Below, one piece after another: positions 62,121-64,000 of a DNA stretch of 64,000 nt (position 1 is the stretch's first letter; every line of letters starts with the position of its first letter). A program made the translations under genes and the position numbers. The DNA lies in assembly GCA_001662655.1 (NCBI GenBank), contig KV460231.1, one strand, 5' to 3'. This DNA is from Pseudogymnoascus verrucosus (taxonomy: Eukaryota). The notes below the pieces were generated by a model. The model was given only the letters and a program-made list of their open reading frames with translations. It did no database searches and was not told where the DNA came from.

Positions 62121-63891
62121 TCATTGACCAATACACCCCCCCCTCTCCTTCCTCTCCTTCACCTCCTTCCCCCCCTTCAATCCCATCCCCTCTTTCTCCC
62201 TCACCCCATTCCCCTCCTTCTCCCCCTCCCCCTCCTCCTCCCCCCCTTGTCTACCCAACCAACACCCCTCCCGCCCACCACCCTCCGCTCCTTTCGTCCC
62301 CTGATACCAACCCCCCCCCAACACCCCCTCCACCCTCCCCCACTCCCCCACCTTCCCAAGACTCTTAACATCCAAATCCCCCAACCTGGCCCTCAGCACC
62401 CCTTCCCCATCAGGTACAACAAGAAAGACTGTGACGTCGCGGAGTGTCATGGCGATTTGTAGGCCTTTGAGAGAGGTGGATGAGGAGGGGGAGGAGGGGG
62501 AGGAGAGGAGGTGTGAGACGCCGTATGGGTCGCAGGTTGTTTGGATGTGGCGGAGGTGGCGGAGGAGGGGGGATGTTAGGGCCCAGGAGGTTAGGCGGCT
62601 GAGGGTGTGTAATTGTTCCGAGGTCGCGGCGGTGGGCGGTGTGTCGTTGTGGTTGGCATTGGGTACAACGTTTTGGGCAGCAGGTTTAGTACTCCCGTCC
62701 TCGACAACGCTACTGCCATTTTGGGTAATAGAGAGACTGGTGCTGTCAGTAGGAGCAGAAGCAGGTAACCCAAGCAACAACCCCGCAGCGCGTCGCACAT
62801 CAGCAGGAGAGGAGGAAATCAGGTCCAGTGGACAGAAAGAGGGTTTTGAGATGCCTCGCTTGGCGTGGAGGGCGCAGGTGCGGCAGCGTTTTGAGCCGGG
62901 GGGGGCGGAGGGGGAGGGGGCGAGCCATTTGGGTTTGAATTGGATTAGGGTTGATGATGTTGCTGGGGGGGGTTGTTAGTTTTGTCTTTCGCTGTGTATA
63001 TTAGACTGGGAGGGGGGAAGAGGGAGGAGAAAGGGGAGAGGGAGGAGAAAGGGGAGAGGGAGGAGAAAGGGGAGAGGGAGGAGAAAGGGGAGAGGGAGGA
63101 GAAAGGGGAGAGGGAGGAGAAAGGGGAGAGGGTGGGAGGGGGAGAAGGAGGAAGGGGCAAGGGAGAAGGGAGAAGGGGGAACTGGAGAAGGGGGAAGTGG
63201 AGAAAGGGAGAAGGAAAAGCAGACATACGAGGCGACATATCCGTAATAAGAAGCGCATGCGGATCATCCGCCAAATAAACCCCATGCCTCTGCCTCGGCC
63301 GCGGCGAATCTGCGGATGCCTCCTCGGCGGCTCGCAGAGCAGCGTTGAGAGTCTGGATTAGGTGCGATGAACCGAGGGAGACGAGACGGATGTCGATTAG
63401 GTCTTCAGCGGGGAAGAGCGGCGCGATGGAGGTGCGGAAGGCGATGTGGGCGTCGAGTGTGGGCGTGGTGGTGGGGAGGTCTTTGCGGAAGCGGAGGAGT
63501 TTGCCTGGTGGGGGGTGGTGTTAGGTTGTTGTTTGATTTGTGGGGGGAGGGGAAATTTGGGGGAGGTGAGGGGGGTAGTGGTGAGAGATGGGGGGTAATG
63601 GCTTCATTGTGTGAGCTCTGCCCAGGGGTGTAGGAAAGCTCCAGGACAAGGGCGTGGGATGCTCAAAAAGGGGAATCACGTGATAGTTCGACTGAATCTG
63701 AGAAAGAACATACCGTGCCAGGGATTAGTTGCTGTGTCCTCTCCTTTCTCCTGTATATCGCCATGTTGGGGCGTGTTACTCTGCGGAGGGACGTTTATAG
63801 AGTAAACCACGTTTGCAGCGCCCTCGCTCAGGTAGGTGGCCGAGATGTTGCTGGGTAGCTCCAGGATCGTGTCTGGTGGGAAGTCCATCAT
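62121..63891 (-). CDS. IPK1: Inositol-pentakisphosphate 2-kinase
   Basis: YLSEGAANVVY, LLRLRK, FKPKWL, CRTCA, FCPLDL, TLRDVT, DLDVK; introns 63505-63713 and 62963-63228. Confidence 0.88.
63023..63130. repeat. 18-bp minisatellite (GGAGGAGAAAGGGGAGAG)x6 inside the IPK1 intron
   Basis: Six perfect all-purine copies on the + strand. Confidence 0.95.
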
Positions 63892-64000
63892 TCTGGGGTA
63901 TGTGATATTAGAGATTAGAGATTTCTAGGTAGCAGAGGTGTATGCAGGTGGATGGGATGGGCTGCTGCGGCGATTAGGGATTGTTATATGCGTATATGGG

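Overview
Gene-dense, intron-containing genomic DNA from a filamentous ascomycete. Short GT-AG introns with CTRAC branch sites point to Pezizomycotina; Leotiomycete is only an impression. Conserved genes flank the window: F-box/WD40, PDA1, ZIP transporter, HAT1, PRO3, CTK3, histone H4, SND2, CDC27, PIK1, CDC42, VMA22, MRN1/Nrd1-type RRM protein, Asn-tRNA synthetase, DNA ligase I and IPK1. Between CDC27 and PIK1 (about 19-33 kb) lies a more AT-rich accessory island. It holds two diverged tandem paralogues, a clan-CD/caspase-like protein that appears to lack its catalytic Cys, a separate gene made of two copies of that protein's C-terminal domain, a WG-repeat (Argonaute-hook-like) protein and a bacterial-type LRR-kinase. 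The most striking signal is 3' of an orphan 1528-aa ORF (43451-43918): six tandem copies of a structured RNA motif with a near-invariant internal loop (ACGU / UUGUUUCGC[A/C]) held between two stems whose sequences change while base-pairing is kept. All gene models and family assignments were made by eye, without database searches.
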